Positions 44,378 through 56,802 of a stretch of 64,000 nt of DNA are shown here, piece by piece. Made by a program: the position numbers and the translations under genes. The notes below the pieces were generated by a model, which saw nothing but the letters and a program-made list of their open reading frames with translations, did no database searches and was not told the DNA's origin. The stretch comes from Escherichia coli (GTDB taxonomy: Bacteria; Pseudomonadota; Gammaproteobacteria; Enterobacterales; Enterobacteriaceae): NCBI RefSeq assembly GCF_003018255.1, contig NZ_CP027440.1; one strand, given 5' to 3'. How positions within the stretch are numbered: position 1 is the stretch's first letter; every line of letters begins with the position of its first letter.

Positions 44378-45118
44378 TTAAAAACGCCAGCTCACGCCGG
44401 TGACAAAGGTAAAACTCTCATTACGATCAATCATCGGGCTGTCGGTAATCTCTTCCGGCAGCTCGCTGTATCCGGCGCTCGCCATCAATACGACGTGCTC
44501 TCCTATCGGGTATTTTGCCGTCAGGCTGACATAAGGCACCCAGGCATCCTGCGCGGAATAACTTGCCAGACCGCTACGACGGGACTCACTCTCTGAAATG
44601 CCATAGTAATAGTCACTGAAATTCTCGTCATAATAGAGAACGCCCAGCGCAGGTGTCAGCGACAGGCGACCTATCTGCATTTTGTGGAATACCGATAGCT
44701 CCCCCACCCAGCCGTTGCTGTTATCCAGAACGTCCGCAGCCGCAGAGGCTTTCACGGTTCCCCAACGCTCGTGGTGATACCAGGCAACCCCCGCCATAGC
44801 CGTACTATCACGCTTATCAAGCTGTTGCATGGCATAATCGTCATTATCGGTAGGGTCAAATTCCAGCGGCATCCAGGATGCGGTCAGGCTAAGTTCATTT
44901 TTTTCACTTTGCGACAGAATAAAACCTAACGTGGTCTGACGAACATAAAAAGTATCACCTTCATAACTAATCAGCGGAATTGCCTTTGTATTTTCATTAT
45001 AACCGCGATAAGGCGATTCATTATAAGCCGCACCAGCACCAATGGATAATTCAGAAGCAGTTGCGCTTGCCATAAAAGGCAACGCAAATAACGCCACAAT
45101 ATTGCGGTTAATTAACAT
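44378..45118 (-). CDS. yiaT: MipA/OmpV-family outer membrane protein YiaT
   Basis: 246-aa ORF with signal peptide, ending in aromatic F. Confidence 0.88.
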   Translation of the reverse strand: MLINRNIVALFALPFMASATASELSIGAGAAYNESPYRGYNENTKAIPLISYEGDTFYVRQTTLGFILSQSEKNELSLTASWMPLEFDPTDNDDYAMQQLDKRDSTAMAGVAWYHHERWGTVKASAAADVLDNSNGWVGELSVFHKMQIGRLSLTPALGVLYYDENFSDYYYGISESESRRSGLASYSAQDAWVPYVSLTAKYPIGEHVVLMASAGYSELPEEITDSPMIDRNESFTFVTGVSWRF

Positions 45119-45241
45119 GTCCGGTATTCCATTTTAAAATAAGATAAAAAAGAGTCGGCATAGTAATGCTTACAATTTCTCCGGTGCAAGATTCATATTT
45201 ATATAGTAATATATAAAATTATATATAATTGGGCTGTTGCG

Positions 45242-46216
45242 ATGACAAAATTACAACTTAAGTACCGGGAGTTAAAAATTATCTCGGTAATCGCTGCCAG
45301 TGAAAATATCAGCCATGCCGCGACTGTACTTGGCATCGCACAGGCCAACGTCAGCAAATATCTTGCTGATTTTGAATCAAAAGTGGGTTTAAAAGTCTTT
45401 GACCGAACCACCCGACAGCTGATGCTCACACCTTTTGGCACCGTGCTGTTACCGTATATCAACGACATGCTGGACAGAAACGAGCAGCTTAATAATTTTA
45501 TTGCAGATTATAAGCATGAGAAACGTGGTCGGGTCACTATCTATGCACCAACCGGCATAATTACCTATTTATCCAAACATGTAATCGATAAAATTAAAGA
45601 TATCGGTGATATCACCTTATCGCTAAAAACCTGCAATCTTGAGCGTAATGCCTTTTATGAAGGCGTCGAATTTCCCGATGATTGTGATGTTTTAATCAGC
45701 TACGCCCAACCAAAAGATGAATCGCTGGTTGCCAGTTTTATTACCCAATATGCCGTAACCGCTTATGCCAGCCAGCGCTATCTTGAGAAACATCCCATTA
45801 GCCGTCCTGACGAACTCGAACATCACTCCTGTATTTTGATCGACTCGATGATGATCGACGACGCGAATATCTGGCGCTTCAACGTCGCCGGGAGTAAAGA
45901 GGTGCGGGATTATCGCGTGAAGGGAAATTACGTTTGCGACAACACGCAATCTGCGCTGGAGCTGGCACGAAATCACCTGGGGATTGTGTTTGCGCCAGAC
46001 AAAAGTGTGCAGAGCGACCTGCAAGACGGCACGCTGGTGCCCTGCTTTCAGCACCCGTATGAATGGTGGCTGGATCTGGTGGCTATCTTCCGTAAACGGG
46101 AATACCAGCCCTGGCGGGTCCAGTATGTGCTGGATGAAATGCTGCGTGAAATTCGCCACCAGCTTGCTCAGTCGCAGCAACTGCGGCCTGAACAAGCGGC
46201 GGAAAGCGAAGATTAA
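45242..46216 (+). CDS. yiaU: LysR-family transcriptional regulator YiaU
   Basis: 324-aa ORF with N-terminal LysR HTH; divergent from yiaT. Confidence 0.88.
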   Translation: MTKLQLKYRELKIISVIAASENISHAATVLGIAQANVSKYLADFESKVGLKVFDRTTRQLMLTPFGTVLLPYINDMLDRNEQLNNFIADYKHEKRGRVTIYAPTGIITYLSKHVIDKIKDIGDITLSLKTCNLERNAFYEGVEFPDDCDVLISYAQPKDESLVASFITQYAVTAYASQRYLEKHPISRPDELEHHSCILIDSMMIDDANIWRFNVAGSKEVRDYRVKGNYVCDNTQSALELARNHLGIVFAPDKSVQSDLQDGTLVPCFQHPYEWWLDLVAIFRKREYQPWRVQYVLDEMLREIRHQLAQSQQLRPEQAAESED

Positions 46217-47349
46217 TGATCGAGATAAAGGTAATGCACCCAGCTGGTCATGCGTAACAGTACTTTGCGCATCACCGAGACATGGCTGAAATGATCAGAA
46301 TAGACCGCCACCTGGGCGTAAATACCGTCTGGTAATGCGCTCAAATCAGTATGCTCATCCAGTTCAATGGTCGCGATAACGCCATCTGAACCCGGCGCTG
46401 TGTTTAACGTCTGTAAGGTGCCGGTCGACTGATAAGCTCCACCGGGAACAGCTGGACTAATGGCTGCCAGCTTACCGCTGAACACTTTGCCTGGCAGAGC
46501 GTTAAATACCACTTCCGCATCATCGCCGGGAGCCAGGCGCAGCAAGGAGTTCTGACGGAACTGCGCCACGATTTGTCGTTTCTGATCGGGTATAAACACC
46601 ATCACCGGACGTAGCGGCAGCGACGCGGCATAGGTACCCGGACGAATCAGCACCTGGGTCACATAACCATCGCTCGGCGCACGCACTATCGTCTGCTCAA
46701 GGTTATATTTTGCTTCCGCGAGCTGCGCTTTCAGGCTGGCGATTTGAGAATGTTCACCCAACACCAGGCTATCCAGCTGGCTCTGGATCTGTTTTTGTTC
46801 CGCCGCCGCTGATTTTACGGAGGCTTCCTGCGCCAGATAATTTTGCCGCGCCACATCGATATCGCGTTCTGAAAACGGGTTTACTTTCGCCTGGCTGCCA
46901 CGTGCGTAACGCTGATACTCTTTAGCGAACTTATCCCGCGTGGCCTTTGCCTGCTGAGTATTCGCCGCCATCTCATCTAACTCTGCGCCCAACGCCCGCT
47001 GTTTATGTTCTGCGGTAACGATATCCGCCATCAGCCGATCCACCCGAGCCTGATAACGCGTCGGGTCCAGTCGAAATAGCACCTCACCTTTTTTAATCAG
47101 CGTATTTTTCTTGTCCGTCACTTCGATCACCACGCCTGTCACCTGTGGGACAACAGGAATAGAAATAACCGCTTTTTGCGCTTTAAAGGTATACGGATGG
47201 TTATAGTTCATTAACAGAATTAGACCGCTGACAATAAATATGCCTCCCAGGGCCGCTGTGGGAATGGTCCATTTATTTACAGGAATTTTGAAGATCTTAA
47301 ACATTGCCCATGCGAAAGCCACATAGGTTAAAATAATCAGTAAATCCAT
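46213..47349 (-). CDS. yiaV: HlyD-family membrane fusion protein YiaV
   Basis: 378-aa ORF; N-terminal TM anchor then coiled-coil; paralogue of YibH in this window. Confidence 0.9.
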   Translation of the reverse strand: MDLLIILTYVAFAWAMFKIFKIPVNKWTIPTAALGGIFIVSGLILLMNYNHPYTFKAQKAVISIPVVPQVTGVVIEVTDKKNTLIKKGEVLFRLDPTRYQARVDRLMADIVTAEHKQRALGAELDEMAANTQQAKATRDKFAKEYQRYARGSQAKVNPFSERDIDVARQNYLAQEASVKSAAAEQKQIQSQLDSLVLGEHSQIASLKAQLAEAKYNLEQTIVRAPSDGYVTQVLIRPGTYAASLPLRPVMVFIPDQKRQIVAQFRQNSLLRLAPGDDAEVVFNALPGKVFSGKLAAISPAVPGGAYQSTGTLQTLNTAPGSDGVIATIELDEHTDLSALPDGIYAQVAVYSDHFSHVSVMRKVLLRMTSWVHYLYLDH

Positions 47350-47354
47350 AAGTA

Positions 47355-47678
47355 TTACTCGGCAGAAGAGGATTTGATGTCAGCGAGCTGTTTCTCCAGC
47401 CCGGCAATACGCTGTTGTAGTTGCACAACGGAGGAGTCATGGTTTTGCATTCCCCATCCACGCTCCGGGCGGTAAAGCGTGGCCCAAATCCACAAAAATG
47501 GCCAGATAACATGTAACGTAAAAAGACTCACCCAACCAGCAACATGAATGGCGTCGGCATGAGGATGATTACGTTTTTTGGCAATCAGGTAGGGAACATC
47601 ATGTAAAATAATAATCCCATAGAATATCACCAGAAATACAAAAATAAGCACTCCCAATGCAAAATAATCCAGGAACAT
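47355..47678 (-). CDS. yiaW: Inner membrane protein YiaW (DUF3302)
   Basis: ORF frame to 47708; probable start [15 protein letters not shown] (107 aa); 5 bp upstream of yiaV. Confidence 0.82.
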   Translation of the reverse strand: MFLDYFALGVLIFVFLVIFYGIIILHDVPYLIAKKRNHPHADAIHVAGWVSLFTLHVIWPFLWIWATLYRPERGWGMQNHDSSVVQLQQRIAGLEKQLADIKSSSAE

Positions 47679-47791
47679 ATTTCCCTCAGAGAATATAGAA
47701 AAGAACAATTAACGCATATTATGAAATACCATAATGCGGTGCAATTTCCTTATTTATATAACGACATATTGTTTTTTATATACTTTCTGAA

Positions 47792-48004
47792 GTGTGCAGC
47801 CTGGCTTTTCAACAGTGCGAGGCTTATCATATTGAAATAATGGAACTATTGGCCAAACTAATGAATAACTCCAGTAAAACATCCACAGTACAGATTAAGC
47901 GTATTAAACCTTCAATTATCTACCGTTTATTGCTGATTGGCCTCGGAACGCCAATGGTGATTTATGGCCTGGTTCGCCCGCTCACCATCGAAACGCGAGA
48001 TTAA
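47792..48004 (+). CDS. Hypothetical small protein with C-terminal hydrophobic segment
   Basis: 70-aa ORF (internal Met starts possible) in an otherwise non-coding gap; predicted TM helix IIYRLLLIGLGTPMVIYGLV; no family recognised. Confidence 0.25.
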   Translation: MCSLAFQQCEAYHIEIMELLAKLMNNSSKTSTVQIKRIKPSIIYRLLLIGLGTPMVIYGLVRPLTIETRD

Positions 48005-48109
48005 ACTCCTGGCAAAACACGCCCCAGAAACGCACTTCTGTTGACGTAGTCTGGGTTATTGCGCACGTAGGTTTAAAACGTAAATTGTAACAACGTGCGC
48101 TTTGTTTAT

Positions 48110-48190
48110 GCCGGATGCGGCGTGTACGCCTTATCCGGCCTACGGTCAGGTCCCCGTAGGCATGATAAGACGCGTAAGCGTCGCATCAGG
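48110..48190. repeat. REP palindromic units between yiaW and aldB
   Basis: GCCGGATGCGGCGTGTACGCCTTATCCGGCCTAC and GTAGGCATGATAAGACGCGTAAGCGTCGCATCAGGC. Confidence 0.8.
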
Positions 48191-48222
48191 CAATGAATAC
48201 CCAATGCGACCAGCTTCTTATA

Positions 48223-49761
48223 TCAGAACAGCCCCAACGGTTTATCCGAGTAGCTCACCAGCAGGCACTTGGTTTGCTGGTAATGCTCAAGCATCATCTT
48301 GTGGGTTTCGCGTCCGATGCCCGACTGTTTGTAGCCACCAAACGCCGCATGTGCCGGGTAAGCGTGATAACAATTGGTCCACACGCGCCCTGCCTGTATG
48401 CCGCGCCCCATCTTATAGGCAAGATTACCGTTGCGGCTCCAGACGCCCGCGCCCAGGCCATATTGCGTATCGTTCGCCAGCTCCAGCGCTTCTTCCATCG
48501 TTTTGAAGGTGGTCACCGCCAGCACCGGGCCAAAAATCTCCTCCTGGAACACGCGCATATTGTTCTGACCAAACAAAATCGTCGGTTCGAGGTAGTAGCC
48601 GTCTTTCAGTTCACCTTCCAGCAGCTTGCGCCGCCCGCCAGTGAGCACGTCTGCGCCCTCTTTTTTACCGATATCAATGTAGTTGAGGATGGTTTCCAGT
48701 TGCCCGTGAGAAACCTGCGCCCCCATTTGCGTCACGCTGTCGAGCGGGTTACCGCTGCGAATGCTTTCGACACGGCGGATGGCGCGTTCCATAAAGCGTT
48801 CGTAGATAGACTCCTGCACTAAAGCACGGCTTGGACAGGTGCAAACTTCGCCCTGGTTAAAGGCAAACAGTGCAAAGCCTTCCAGCGCTTTATCGAAAAA
48901 GGCATCTTCTTCATCCATTACGTCAGCAAAGAAGATATTTGGCGATTTGCCACCCAGCTCCAGCGTCACCGGAATAATGTTTTGCGTGGCGTATTGCATA
49001 ATTTGTTGGCCCACTTCCGTTGAGCCGGTAAACGCCACTTTGGCGATGCGTTTCGAGGTCGCCAGATATTCGCCAATTTCCCCACCTGCGCCGTTGACCA
49101 CGTTCACCACGCCCGGCGGCAGTAAATCACCGACGATTTCCATTAGCAGCAGTACAGAAAGCGGGGTAAGACGTGCGGGTTTCAGCACCACACAGTTGCC
49201 CGCCGCCAGCGCGGGAGCCATTTTCCAGCTCGCCATCAGCAGCGGGAAGTTCCACGGAATAATCTGCCCCACCACGCCTAACGGCTCATGGAAATGATAG
49301 GCCACGGTTTCGCTATCAACTTCACTGATCCCACCTTCCTGCGCCCGAATACACGAGGCAAAATAGCGAAAATGATCAATCGCCAGCGGCACATCAGCAG
49401 CACTGGTTTCGCGAATGGGTTTGCCGTTATCCCAGGTTTCAGCGGTCGCTAACAGTTCAAGGTTTTGTTCCATTCGATCGGCAATCTTAAACAGAATCGC
49501 CGCACGATCCTGCACCGAGGTGTGCGCCCATTTATCTTTCACTTTGTGCGCAGCATCCAGCGCCAGATCGATGTCTCGTTTGCCCGAAGACGCCACTTCG
49601 CACAGCAGCTGCCCGGTCACCGGCGTCAGGTTCTGGTAATACTCGCCATCGGCAGGCGCTACCCATTCGCCACCGATAAAGTTGTCGTAGCGGGCTTTTA
49701 ATTTGAGGGGGAAACCATACTCGCCGGGCTTAATCTGTGCTGAAGGGGGATTATTGGTCAT
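48223..49761 (-). CDS. aldB: Aldehyde dehydrogenase B
   Basis: ORF frame to 49851; start [33 protein letters not shown] at 49761 (512 aa). Confidence 0.95.
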   Translation of the reverse strand: MTNNPPSAQIKPGEYGFPLKLKARYDNFIGGEWVAPADGEYYQNLTPVTGQLLCEVASSGKRDIDLALDAAHKVKDKWAHTSVQDRAAILFKIADRMEQNLELLATAETWDNGKPIRETSAADVPLAIDHFRYFASCIRAQEGGISEVDSETVAYHFHEPLGVVGQIIPWNFPLLMASWKMAPALAAGNCVVLKPARLTPLSVLLLMEIVGDLLPPGVVNVVNGAGGEIGEYLATSKRIAKVAFTGSTEVGQQIMQYATQNIIPVTLELGGKSPNIFFADVMDEEDAFFDKALEGFALFAFNQGEVCTCPSRALVQESIYERFMERAIRRVESIRSGNPLDSVTQMGAQVSHGQLETILNYIDIGKKEGADVLTGGRRKLLEGELKDGYYLEPTILFGQNNMRVFQEEIFGPVLAVTTFKTMEEALELANDTQYGLGAGVWSRNGNLAYKMGRGIQAGRVWTNCYHAYPAHAAFGGYKQSGIGRETHKMMLEHYQQTKCLLVSYSDKPLGLF

Positions 49762-49868
49762 GATCGTCTCCTTGCGGTGTGAGGTATAACAAGGGTAGAC
49801 GTGACTGGCGAAATCTTCGCCAGTCGGTAACAGCTTTACGACGGCTATCACGAATTTACGGGCAAAAG

Positions 49869-51164
49869 CTACAGCGGGTAGTGTGCGACGTACACGGCTT
49901 GCTGGTTATTAATTCTTTTCTCTTGCGCGAATCCTTCTTTAACAATTGTCCGTAAATCAGCTCGAGCCGTATTATCAGAGACGCCCAAGCTCGCGCTAAT
50001 TTCAGCAACTGTGTACTCTTTCCCCGGATTGGCGAGCATCACATTCAGGAGCGTTACCTGGCGCGGATTCAGGCGTTTAAGCACACCAGAGCTAAACAGC
50101 ACACTATCGAGTTTTGCGCTTCGTTGTGTAATTTCATCGATATGCTGCTGCCAGTTTTGCAGAGCACGTTTAATGACACCCGCCTGATATTCAAGGAAAT
50201 AAGTCAGATCCATACCATCTGATTCAGTGTACTGGTAGCTGGCGGCATATTTGACCGGTGCAGCATGAAGCAAACGGCTGATGGAAATATATTTAAAGAC
50301 ATCGTAGCCCGATTTCAGCATATACCAGTAAAACAGCGCCCGACTGGTGCGCCCGTTGCCATCGCGAAACGGATGTTCATGGGCCAGCATAAAATGCAGA
50401 ATGCAGGCACGGACCAACGGATGAATATACCCTTCATGGCTGTTTAACCACTGGCAAACTTTTTCCAGCCGTTCCGGTAACAATGCCGCAGCGGGCGGTT
50501 GATGCACTATATTGCCATCATAGTCGGCGATCACAACATCATCTGTTTCACGAAATTCTCCCGGACGATATTTCGCGTCATTGATTCCACCCATACCAAT
50601 GGCATGTAACTGGCGAATAAGCGCAGGTGTCAGCGGTTCTGCGAGTAAGTGCGGAATTTCCGCCATCAGCCGGGCATTTCCCGCAATCATATGCTCGTCT
50701 TCAGTGCGTGGCGACCGCCCTGTTTCCAGCATTTTTCTCGCCACCAGCGTTGTAGTATTCGCACCTTCCAGTTGGGAACTGGTGATCGGCTCTTCCAGGC
50801 GTAACTGACTTAACTCGGCGCCCGCCCCGCGTAACCGTTCAGTCTGATCTTTCAGCGCCAGTGCAGTGGCATGTTTATCAACAAGCTCGCACGCTTCTGC
50901 AATCACCGGCGTAATGTTGAATCCGGCCTGTTCACCCGCTTCATTGCAATAATTAATTCGTTGGATCGCCGCGTTGCGCGCCAGACGGGTAAGCGTCCAC
51001 GCCACATCGACGTTTTCTCCTTTTTTGATGCGGTACTGCAGCTCATCAAAAGGCAGATAACGTCCTTTTTCATCGGTAACCCGGTTAAAGCGCAGGTGGG
51101 CCAGGAGTTCCTCACCCGATAAGTGTGATAAAGGAATAAGTCCGGGAGGTGATTTGATAGCCAT
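49869..51164 (-). CDS. Fic-domain protein (putative AMP-transferase) with N-terminal inhibitory-helix-like motif and probable C-terminal winged-helix domain; accessory
   Basis: 431-aa ORF containing canonical Fic motif [12 protein letters not shown] and upstream SSQLEG matching [ST]xxxE[GN]; not between aldB and yiaY in K-12 as far as I recall. Confidence 0.8.
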   Translation of the reverse strand: MAIKSPPGLIPLSHLSGEELLAHLRFNRVTDEKGRYLPFDELQYRIKKGENVDVAWTLTRLARNAAIQRINYCNEAGEQAGFNITPVIAEACELVDKHATALALKDQTERLRGAGAELSQLRLEEPITSSQLEGANTTTLVARKMLETGRSPRTEDEHMIAGNARLMAEIPHLLAEPLTPALIRQLHAIGMGGINDAKYRPGEFRETDDVVIADYDGNIVHQPPAAALLPERLEKVCQWLNSHEGYIHPLVRACILHFMLAHEHPFRDGNGRTSRALFYWYMLKSGYDVFKYISISRLLHAAPVKYAASYQYTESDGMDLTYFLEYQAGVIKRALQNWQQHIDEITQRSAKLDSVLFSSGVLKRLNPRQVTLLNVMLANPGKEYTVAEISASLGVSDNTARADLRTIVKEGFAQEKRINNQQAVYVAHYPL

Positions 51165-51167
51165 GTG

Positions 51168-51250
51168 CTTATCTCAAAAAAGCGCAATATTGAGATAGTG
51201 TATAGCAGGAAAGAGAAACTATCTCAAAAATCGCAAATTTTGAGATAGTT
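51168..51250. promoter_or_regulatory. Two palindromic sites upstream of the Fic gene, candidate autoregulatory operator
   Basis: Perfect 13-bp arms AACTATCTCAAAA / TTTTGAGATAGTT with 8-bp spacer (51217-51250) and an imperfect copy TATCTCAAAA...TATTGAGATA (51170-51197). Confidence 0.5.
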
Positions 51251-51280
51251 TAAAAAATGGCTGACAATTAGACAGCCATT
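51251..51280 (-). terminator. Rho-independent terminator of yiaY
   Basis: Hairpin ATGGCTG-ACAATTAGA-CAGCCAT, preceded on the plus strand by AAAAAA (T-run on the minus strand). Confidence 0.6.
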
Positions 51281-51293
51281 GTGGGAATGATGA

Positions 51294-52445
51294 TTACATC
51301 GCTGCGCGATAAATCGCCATAATTTCTTCGTGAGTTGCCTGAATCGGGTTAGTAAACCCACACGCATCTTTCAGGGCATTGGTTGCCAGCACTGGAATAT
51401 CTTCTTCTTTCACGTTCAGGTCACGCAGGCCTGCCGGGATATTCACTTTCTTCGCCAGTTCACGGATGGCATTGATGCACGCTTCTGCGCCTTCCGCGTC
51501 ATTTTTGCCTGTCACGTTAACGCCCATGGCAGCAGCACAGTCACGCAGACGCGCAGCAGCGACTTTGCTGTTGAACACCTGAACGTGTGGCAGCAGAACG
51601 GCATTACATACACCATGTGGCAGGTTGTAGAAACCGCCCAGTTGGTGCGCCATCGCATGAACATAACCAAGAGATGCGTTGTTGAATGCCATGCCAGCGA
51701 GGAACTGGGCATAAGCCATTGCTTCACGCGCTTTAGCATTGCTGCCATCTTCAACGGCTAACGGCAGGTTTTCGGCAATCATGGTCACGGCTTTCAGTGC
51801 GCAAGCGTCAGTGATCGGCGTGGCGGCAATAGAAACATACGCTTCGATAGCGTGCGTTAAGGCATCCATACCCGTTGCGGCGGTCAGTGACTTCGGCATA
51901 CCGACCATCAGAGATGAGTCATTGACAGAAAGCAACGGAGTTACATGTTTATCAACAATCGCCATTTTGATATGACGCGCTTCGTCAGTGATGATGCAGA
52001 AACGGGTCATTTCAGAGGCCGTACCCGCCGTGGTATTGATGGCGATCATCGGCAGCTGCGGTTTTGCAGAGCGGTCAACGCCTTCGTAATCGCGAATATC
52101 GCCGCCATTGGCTGCCACCAGCGCAATACCTTTTGCGCAGTCGTGCGGAGAACCACCGCCTAAGGAGATCACGCTATCGCAATTATTTTCTTTAAGTAAT
52201 TTTAAACCTTCGGCGACGTTTTCCGTGGTGGGGTTAGGTTGGGTGCCATCATAAATAACGCTAAAAATATTGCGTTCTTCCAGTGCTTTTTGCACATCAC
52301 CCGCCATACCCAATTTCGTTAACATGTTGTCGGTGACAATTAAGGTACGGGTAAATCCATAATCTGCCATCATATTCATTGCATCATTCAATGAATCAGC
52401 ACCAATAACATTCACGGAAGGAATAAAAAAGGTTGAAGCTGCCAT
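51294..52445 (-). CDS. yiaY: Iron-containing alcohol dehydrogenase YiaY
   Basis: 383-aa [29 protein letters not shown]...; group III Fe-ADH. Confidence 0.93.
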   Translation of the reverse strand: MAASTFFIPSVNVIGADSLNDAMNMMADYGFTRTLIVTDNMLTKLGMAGDVQKALEERNIFSVIYDGTQPNPTTENVAEGLKLLKENNCDSVISLGGGSPHDCAKGIALVAANGGDIRDYEGVDRSAKPQLPMIAINTTAGTASEMTRFCIITDEARHIKMAIVDKHVTPLLSVNDSSLMVGMPKSLTAATGMDALTHAIEAYVSIAATPITDACALKAVTMIAENLPLAVEDGSNAKAREAMAYAQFLAGMAFNNASLGYVHAMAHQLGGFYNLPHGVCNAVLLPHVQVFNSKVAAARLRDCAAAMGVNVTGKNDAEGAEACINAIRELAKKVNIPAGLRDLNVKEEDIPVLATNALKDACGFTNPIQATHEEIMAIYRAAM

Positions 52446-52635
52446 AACACACTCCTGAAAGTGTAAAAAAGGGCGGGCAGCTTACTGAGGATTTTCATTT
52501 GAAAATATGATCAACATTACCGTTTATTAAAATATTTTTAATAAAAAGCACGTTACATTCATTAAATAACGTGCCTTCTTAACATTAATAAGAAATTTTG
52601 TATTAATTCATATTTATTATGAATTAATCATTTCC

Positions 52636-54480
52636 TTATTTTTCCGGAAATAATAATGCGTCGCGCAATAAATGATCATTTCCACGACGACGCGTAAAGC
52701 CAATGCGGTCAAAATATTCCAGGATTTGAATTGCCAGCTTTCGGCCTACGCCTAAGCGATCGCGGAAATCCGCCGCGCAGGTTGAACCACATTCCTGATC
52801 GAGATCGCGGATCATATTGGCAAATTCGACAATCCGATCGTTACGGTAATAACGATCTTTGACGATCGCAGTAATTATCCCCTGTTGCGCCGCCTGGCGT
52901 AGCGTCAGGCGCATTGCCTGCTCGTCGGTTCCCGTTTCTTTTGCCAGGTCTCGCACCCACCACGGTTCGTCACCAAACAGTGGCTCTGCTTTTTGCCAGA
53001 TGGCCTGCTGCTCTTCGCTGAAGCCCGCTTTGTGATCCGGCAGATGCAGCCAGCCGTGATGACTGAGGATGTCGCCGCTTTCGCGCATCTTTTCAATCAG
53101 CAACAGTACCAGCGCTTCATCTTCCATTGGCAACGCCATACGTCGCAGACGTTCTCGCCCAGGACCAGGTTCATCGCGATGTTGCTCATGATAAGTCGCT
53201 AATGTGTCGAGAATTTTCCGCTGCCAGCGAGCGGCAACCGGCGCATTCAACAAGCTATAACCAGCCTGAATATAGCCAGGCTGTTGCAGCAGTTCGCGCA
53301 TCCCTTCGCCGTTGAGCTGCCGTGCCCAGGCGAAATCCGCAAGGTTAACCGCTCCGCGTTCCAGATGAACAGATAACGCATCGGCATCGCTCTGCGCCCG
53401 TGCAAGAGACGCCAGCCATTGCAGATATTCCGGCTTACGCTTACCGCGACGCGGCGGGTTAAGCATCACCACACGCGCCCCCGCCAGCGTGTTGCGGGCC
53501 GAGATATCGCGCAACACTAAGCGATCGTTATCCGCCAGCCACAGCGGCGTGTCGAACACCAGCTCGGCAAGGTTATCTTCCAGCAGCGAAACGCGTCCCG
53601 TGACGTGGCTGGCGGCGTGGTGAATATGCAGCGGCTGCCACTGGGTCAGCGGTGTATGGGTTTGAAGCTCGACAATCACCCGTGTGAACGGCTCCGGCGG
53701 CGCATCGGCAAGCAGCCAGTCGCCACGGTTAATCTGCTCTTTTTCCGCATCACCCGCGATGTTAAGCGCGATACGCTGCCCGGCATGGGCAGTTTCTGTT
53801 GGCTGATTTTGCGCATGCAGCGCACGCACGCGCATCGGTTTATTTACACCAGTCAGCCAGAGTGAATCGCCTACCTTCACTTCCCCGCTTAACGCCGTAC
53901 CGGTGACGACCAGCCCGGCACCTTTTACGGTAAATGCACGGTCGATCGCGAGGCGGAAACTATGTTGGCTGGCGTGTTCGCGTTCTGGTAACTGAAGCAG
54001 ATGCTCGCGCAGGGCATCAATTCCCCGACCTTCGGTTGCTGCGGTGATAAACAGTTTTGCCTCAGCAAAACCGTATTCCCGCAGCACCTCCTTTACCTGG
54101 CGTTCAACCTCATCAACACGCGCTTCGTCCACGCGATCGGCTTTGGTCAGCGCCACTGTCAGCATCGGGTTACCAGTCAGCTGCAAAATCGCCAGATGCT
54201 CACGGGTCTGTGCCATCACACCGTCATCGCACGCCACCACCAACAGCGCGTGATCGATACCACCGACGCCCGCCAGCATGTTGGAAAGAAACTTTTCATG
54301 ACCGGGAACGTCGATAAAACCAGGCACGCGGCCATCCGGCTGCGGCCAGTAGGCATAGCCGAGATCGATAGTCATGCCGCGCTTTTTTTCTTCCGGCAGA
54401 CGATCGGCATTTACGCCAGTAATCGCCTGCAATAAGGTTGTTTTGCCGTGGTCAACGTGTCCGGCAGTCGCAATAATCAT
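52636..54480 (-). CDS. selB: Selenocysteine-specific translation elongation factor
   Basis: 614-aa [25 protein letters not shown]... (GTPase G1 motif). Confidence 0.96.
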   Translation of the reverse strand: MIIATAGHVDHGKTTLLQAITGVNADRLPEEKKRGMTIDLGYAYWPQPDGRVPGFIDVPGHEKFLSNMLAGVGGIDHALLVVACDDGVMAQTREHLAILQLTGNPMLTVALTKADRVDEARVDEVERQVKEVLREYGFAEAKLFITAATEGRGIDALREHLLQLPEREHASQHSFRLAIDRAFTVKGAGLVVTGTALSGEVKVGDSLWLTGVNKPMRVRALHAQNQPTETAHAGQRIALNIAGDAEKEQINRGDWLLADAPPEPFTRVIVELQTHTPLTQWQPLHIHHAASHVTGRVSLLEDNLAELVFDTPLWLADNDRLVLRDISARNTLAGARVVMLNPPRRGKRKPEYLQWLASLARAQSDADALSVHLERGAVNLADFAWARQLNGEGMRELLQQPGYIQAGYSLLNAPVAARWQRKILDTLATYHEQHRDEPGPGRERLRRMALPMEDEALVLLLIEKMRESGDILSHHGWLHLPDHKAGFSEEQQAIWQKAEPLFGDEPWWVRDLAKETGTDEQAMRLTLRQAAQQGIITAIVKDRYYRNDRIVEFANMIRDLDQECGSTCAADFRDRLGVGRKLAIQILEYFDRIGFTRRRGNDHLLRDALLFPEK

Positions 54481-55868
54481 TTCAACAACATCTCCAAAAA
54501 CCGTTGCTCATCTTCAAGGCAGCGTAAATCCAGCCACAATCGTCCGTCATAAATACGACCAATCACCGGCACTGGCAATTCACGCCAGCGGGCGGCTAAT
54601 GACTCAAGGTGGCTACCGCGTCCATCATGGGGTGTAAACGTTAATGCCGCGCTCGGCAGGCGATCAACCGGCAGTGAACCACTGCCAATCTGCGAAAGAC
54701 ATGGCATAACCTGGACTGCAAACTCCGCGCCGTAATGTGCGGCAAGGGGAGCCTGTAAACGTTGTGCCTGGATTTGAATGACCTCTGCGCTGCGGGTAAG
54801 CAGGCGCAGGGTCGGTAATTTTTCACTCAGAGCTTCAGGGTGTAAATAAAGACGCAACGTGGCTTCCAGCGCCGCGAGGGTCATTTTATCCGCGCGTAAT
54901 GCACGCTTCAGCGGGTGGCTTTGCAGGCGGGCGATCATCTCTTTTTTACCAACAATAATTCCTGCCTGCGGCCCGCCTAACAACTTGTCACCGGAGAAAC
55001 TCACCAGACTGACGCCCGCCGCAATCAACTCCTGCGGCATTGGCTCTTTCGGCAAACCGTACTGGCTAAGATCAACCAGCGAGCCACTGCCTAAATCAGT
55101 CACTACGGGAACATCCAGCTCTTTGCCGAGCGCCACCAGTTCCGCTTCATCTATCGCTTTGGTGAATCCCTGAATGCTGTAGTTACTGGTATGTACTTTC
55201 ATCAACAGCGCGGTATTTTCATTCACCGCCTGACGATAATCATTAGCGTGCGTGCGGTTGGTGGTCCCCACTTCGTGTAGGGTGCAGCCTGCCTGACGCA
55301 TGACATCAGGAATACGAAACGCGCCGCCAATCTCCACCAGTTCGCCGCGAGATACCACCACCTCTTTCCCGCTGGCAGTGGCCGCCAACATCAATAACAC
55401 CGCCGCCGCATTGTTATTAACGATACAGGCATCTTCCGCTCCCGTAATGCGGCACAGCAGCTGCGCCAGCGCCCGATCGCGATGTCCGCGTCCGGCGTCG
55501 TCCAGATCGTACTCGAGGGTCACTGGCGAACGCATAGCCTGCGCAACGGCTTCCACCGCGGCTTCTGCCTGTAAAGCTCGCCCAAGATTGGTATGCAGCA
55601 CGGTTCCCGTCAGGTTGATCACCGGACGCAGCGCGCTCTGCGCCTCTTTCGTCAACCGGGCATCGACTTCTTGCGCCCAGTTTTCACACCATGCGGGCAG
55701 CGTCTGGCTATCACGAATCACTTCTCGCGCTTCGTCAAGCATCTGACGCAGCAATTCCACCACGCGGGTGTGACCATAAGTATCACGCAAAGAAAGGAAG
55801 GAGCTATCGCGCAATAAGCGATCAATAGCCGGAAGTTGACTATAGAGGGAACGCGTTTCGGTTGTCAT
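54477..55868 (-). CDS. selA: L-seryl-tRNA(Sec) selenium transferase
   Basis: 463-aa ORF; stop overlaps selB start (ATGA). Confidence 0.96.
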   Translation of the reverse strand: MTTETRSLYSQLPAIDRLLRDSSFLSLRDTYGHTRVVELLRQMLDEAREVIRDSQTLPAWCENWAQEVDARLTKEAQSALRPVINLTGTVLHTNLGRALQAEAAVEAVAQAMRSPVTLEYDLDDAGRGHRDRALAQLLCRITGAEDACIVNNNAAAVLLMLAATASGKEVVVSRGELVEIGGAFRIPDVMRQAGCTLHEVGTTNRTHANDYRQAVNENTALLMKVHTSNYSIQGFTKAIDEAELVALGKELDVPVVTDLGSGSLVDLSQYGLPKEPMPQELIAAGVSLVSFSGDKLLGGPQAGIIVGKKEMIARLQSHPLKRALRADKMTLAALEATLRLYLHPEALSEKLPTLRLLTRSAEVIQIQAQRLQAPLAAHYGAEFAVQVMPCLSQIGSGSLPVDRLPSAALTFTPHDGRGSHLESLAARWRELPVPVIGRIYDGRLWLDLRCLEDEQRFLEMLLK

Positions 55869-55965
55869 AGGAAACCTGGCTGATCAAGGCCCTCTCACAC
55901 GGAGAAGGGCGTTTAACATAACCACGGATTGTAACGTGAGATGGGTCAGGAGGACATATCGCGCA

Positions 55966-56574
55966 TCAAGCCTTTGGCGGTTCGGTGCGAGCAAAACTTT
56001 CGCGGCTAAACAGGTTTTCGACCAGTTTGACTAAGTGTGGGCGGTCGACACACCAGCCTGGCGCAACGCGGCGGAAATTGAGATATCCGACGGCACAGGC
56101 AATGGCGATAGTCGCCAGATTGACCGTATCGGTTTTGAGCGTGCCATCGACCAGATATCCTTCCAGCACATCCAGACTGCGGTTGATTTTCTCGCGCTGG
56201 CGTAACAATTCATCTTCAGACTGCTGCGCCGCTGGACGCGCCTGTTCACGCACCGATACCAGCCCGGCATCCATAATGCCATCCGCCAGTGCCTCAATTT
56301 TGCGCACCCGCAACGACTCCAGCGGATCGCGCGGCAACATCGCCGGAGCGACATTCATTAATTCAATATATTCAGCGATGATCGGCGAATCAAACCAGCA
56401 TTCGCCCTCTTCGGTCACCAGCACCGGCACTTTCCCTAACGGGTTAAATTGCGCCACGCCGTTATCCGCGTTATAGGGCAGTTCATTAATAAATTCGAAA
56501 GTTATGCCCTTTTCTAACAACAGAATAGAAAGTTTGCGTACAAACGGGCTGGTGTAGCTACCGACGAGTTTCAT
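55966..56574 (-). CDS. yibF: Glutathione S-transferase-like protein YibF
   Basis: 202-aa [31 protein letters not shown] (GST N-terminal thioredoxin fold). Confidence 0.92.
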
Positions 56575-56802
56575 GCCGAGTCCTTTGTGCGAGGAAAAAT
56601 ATCAGTATGGCCTGGTGATAGGAAAAAGGGCAGAAAATGTTGATGGTTTGTTACTTCCCAATAAATCACATATTTATCATGGTGATATAAATATTTTCCT
56701 AATTGTTCTTATCTGACAGATATCTCACTTAAGGCTTTCTTATAAATCTGTAGGGTTTCGCCTGTCAGCAGACAAATAACCCGATAAAACAAGGATGAGC
56801 AG

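Noticed and set aside
48193-49297. Plus-strand ORFs of 152-209 aa inside aldB
   Set aside because: Antisense to aldB, which has clear aldehyde dehydrogenase features.
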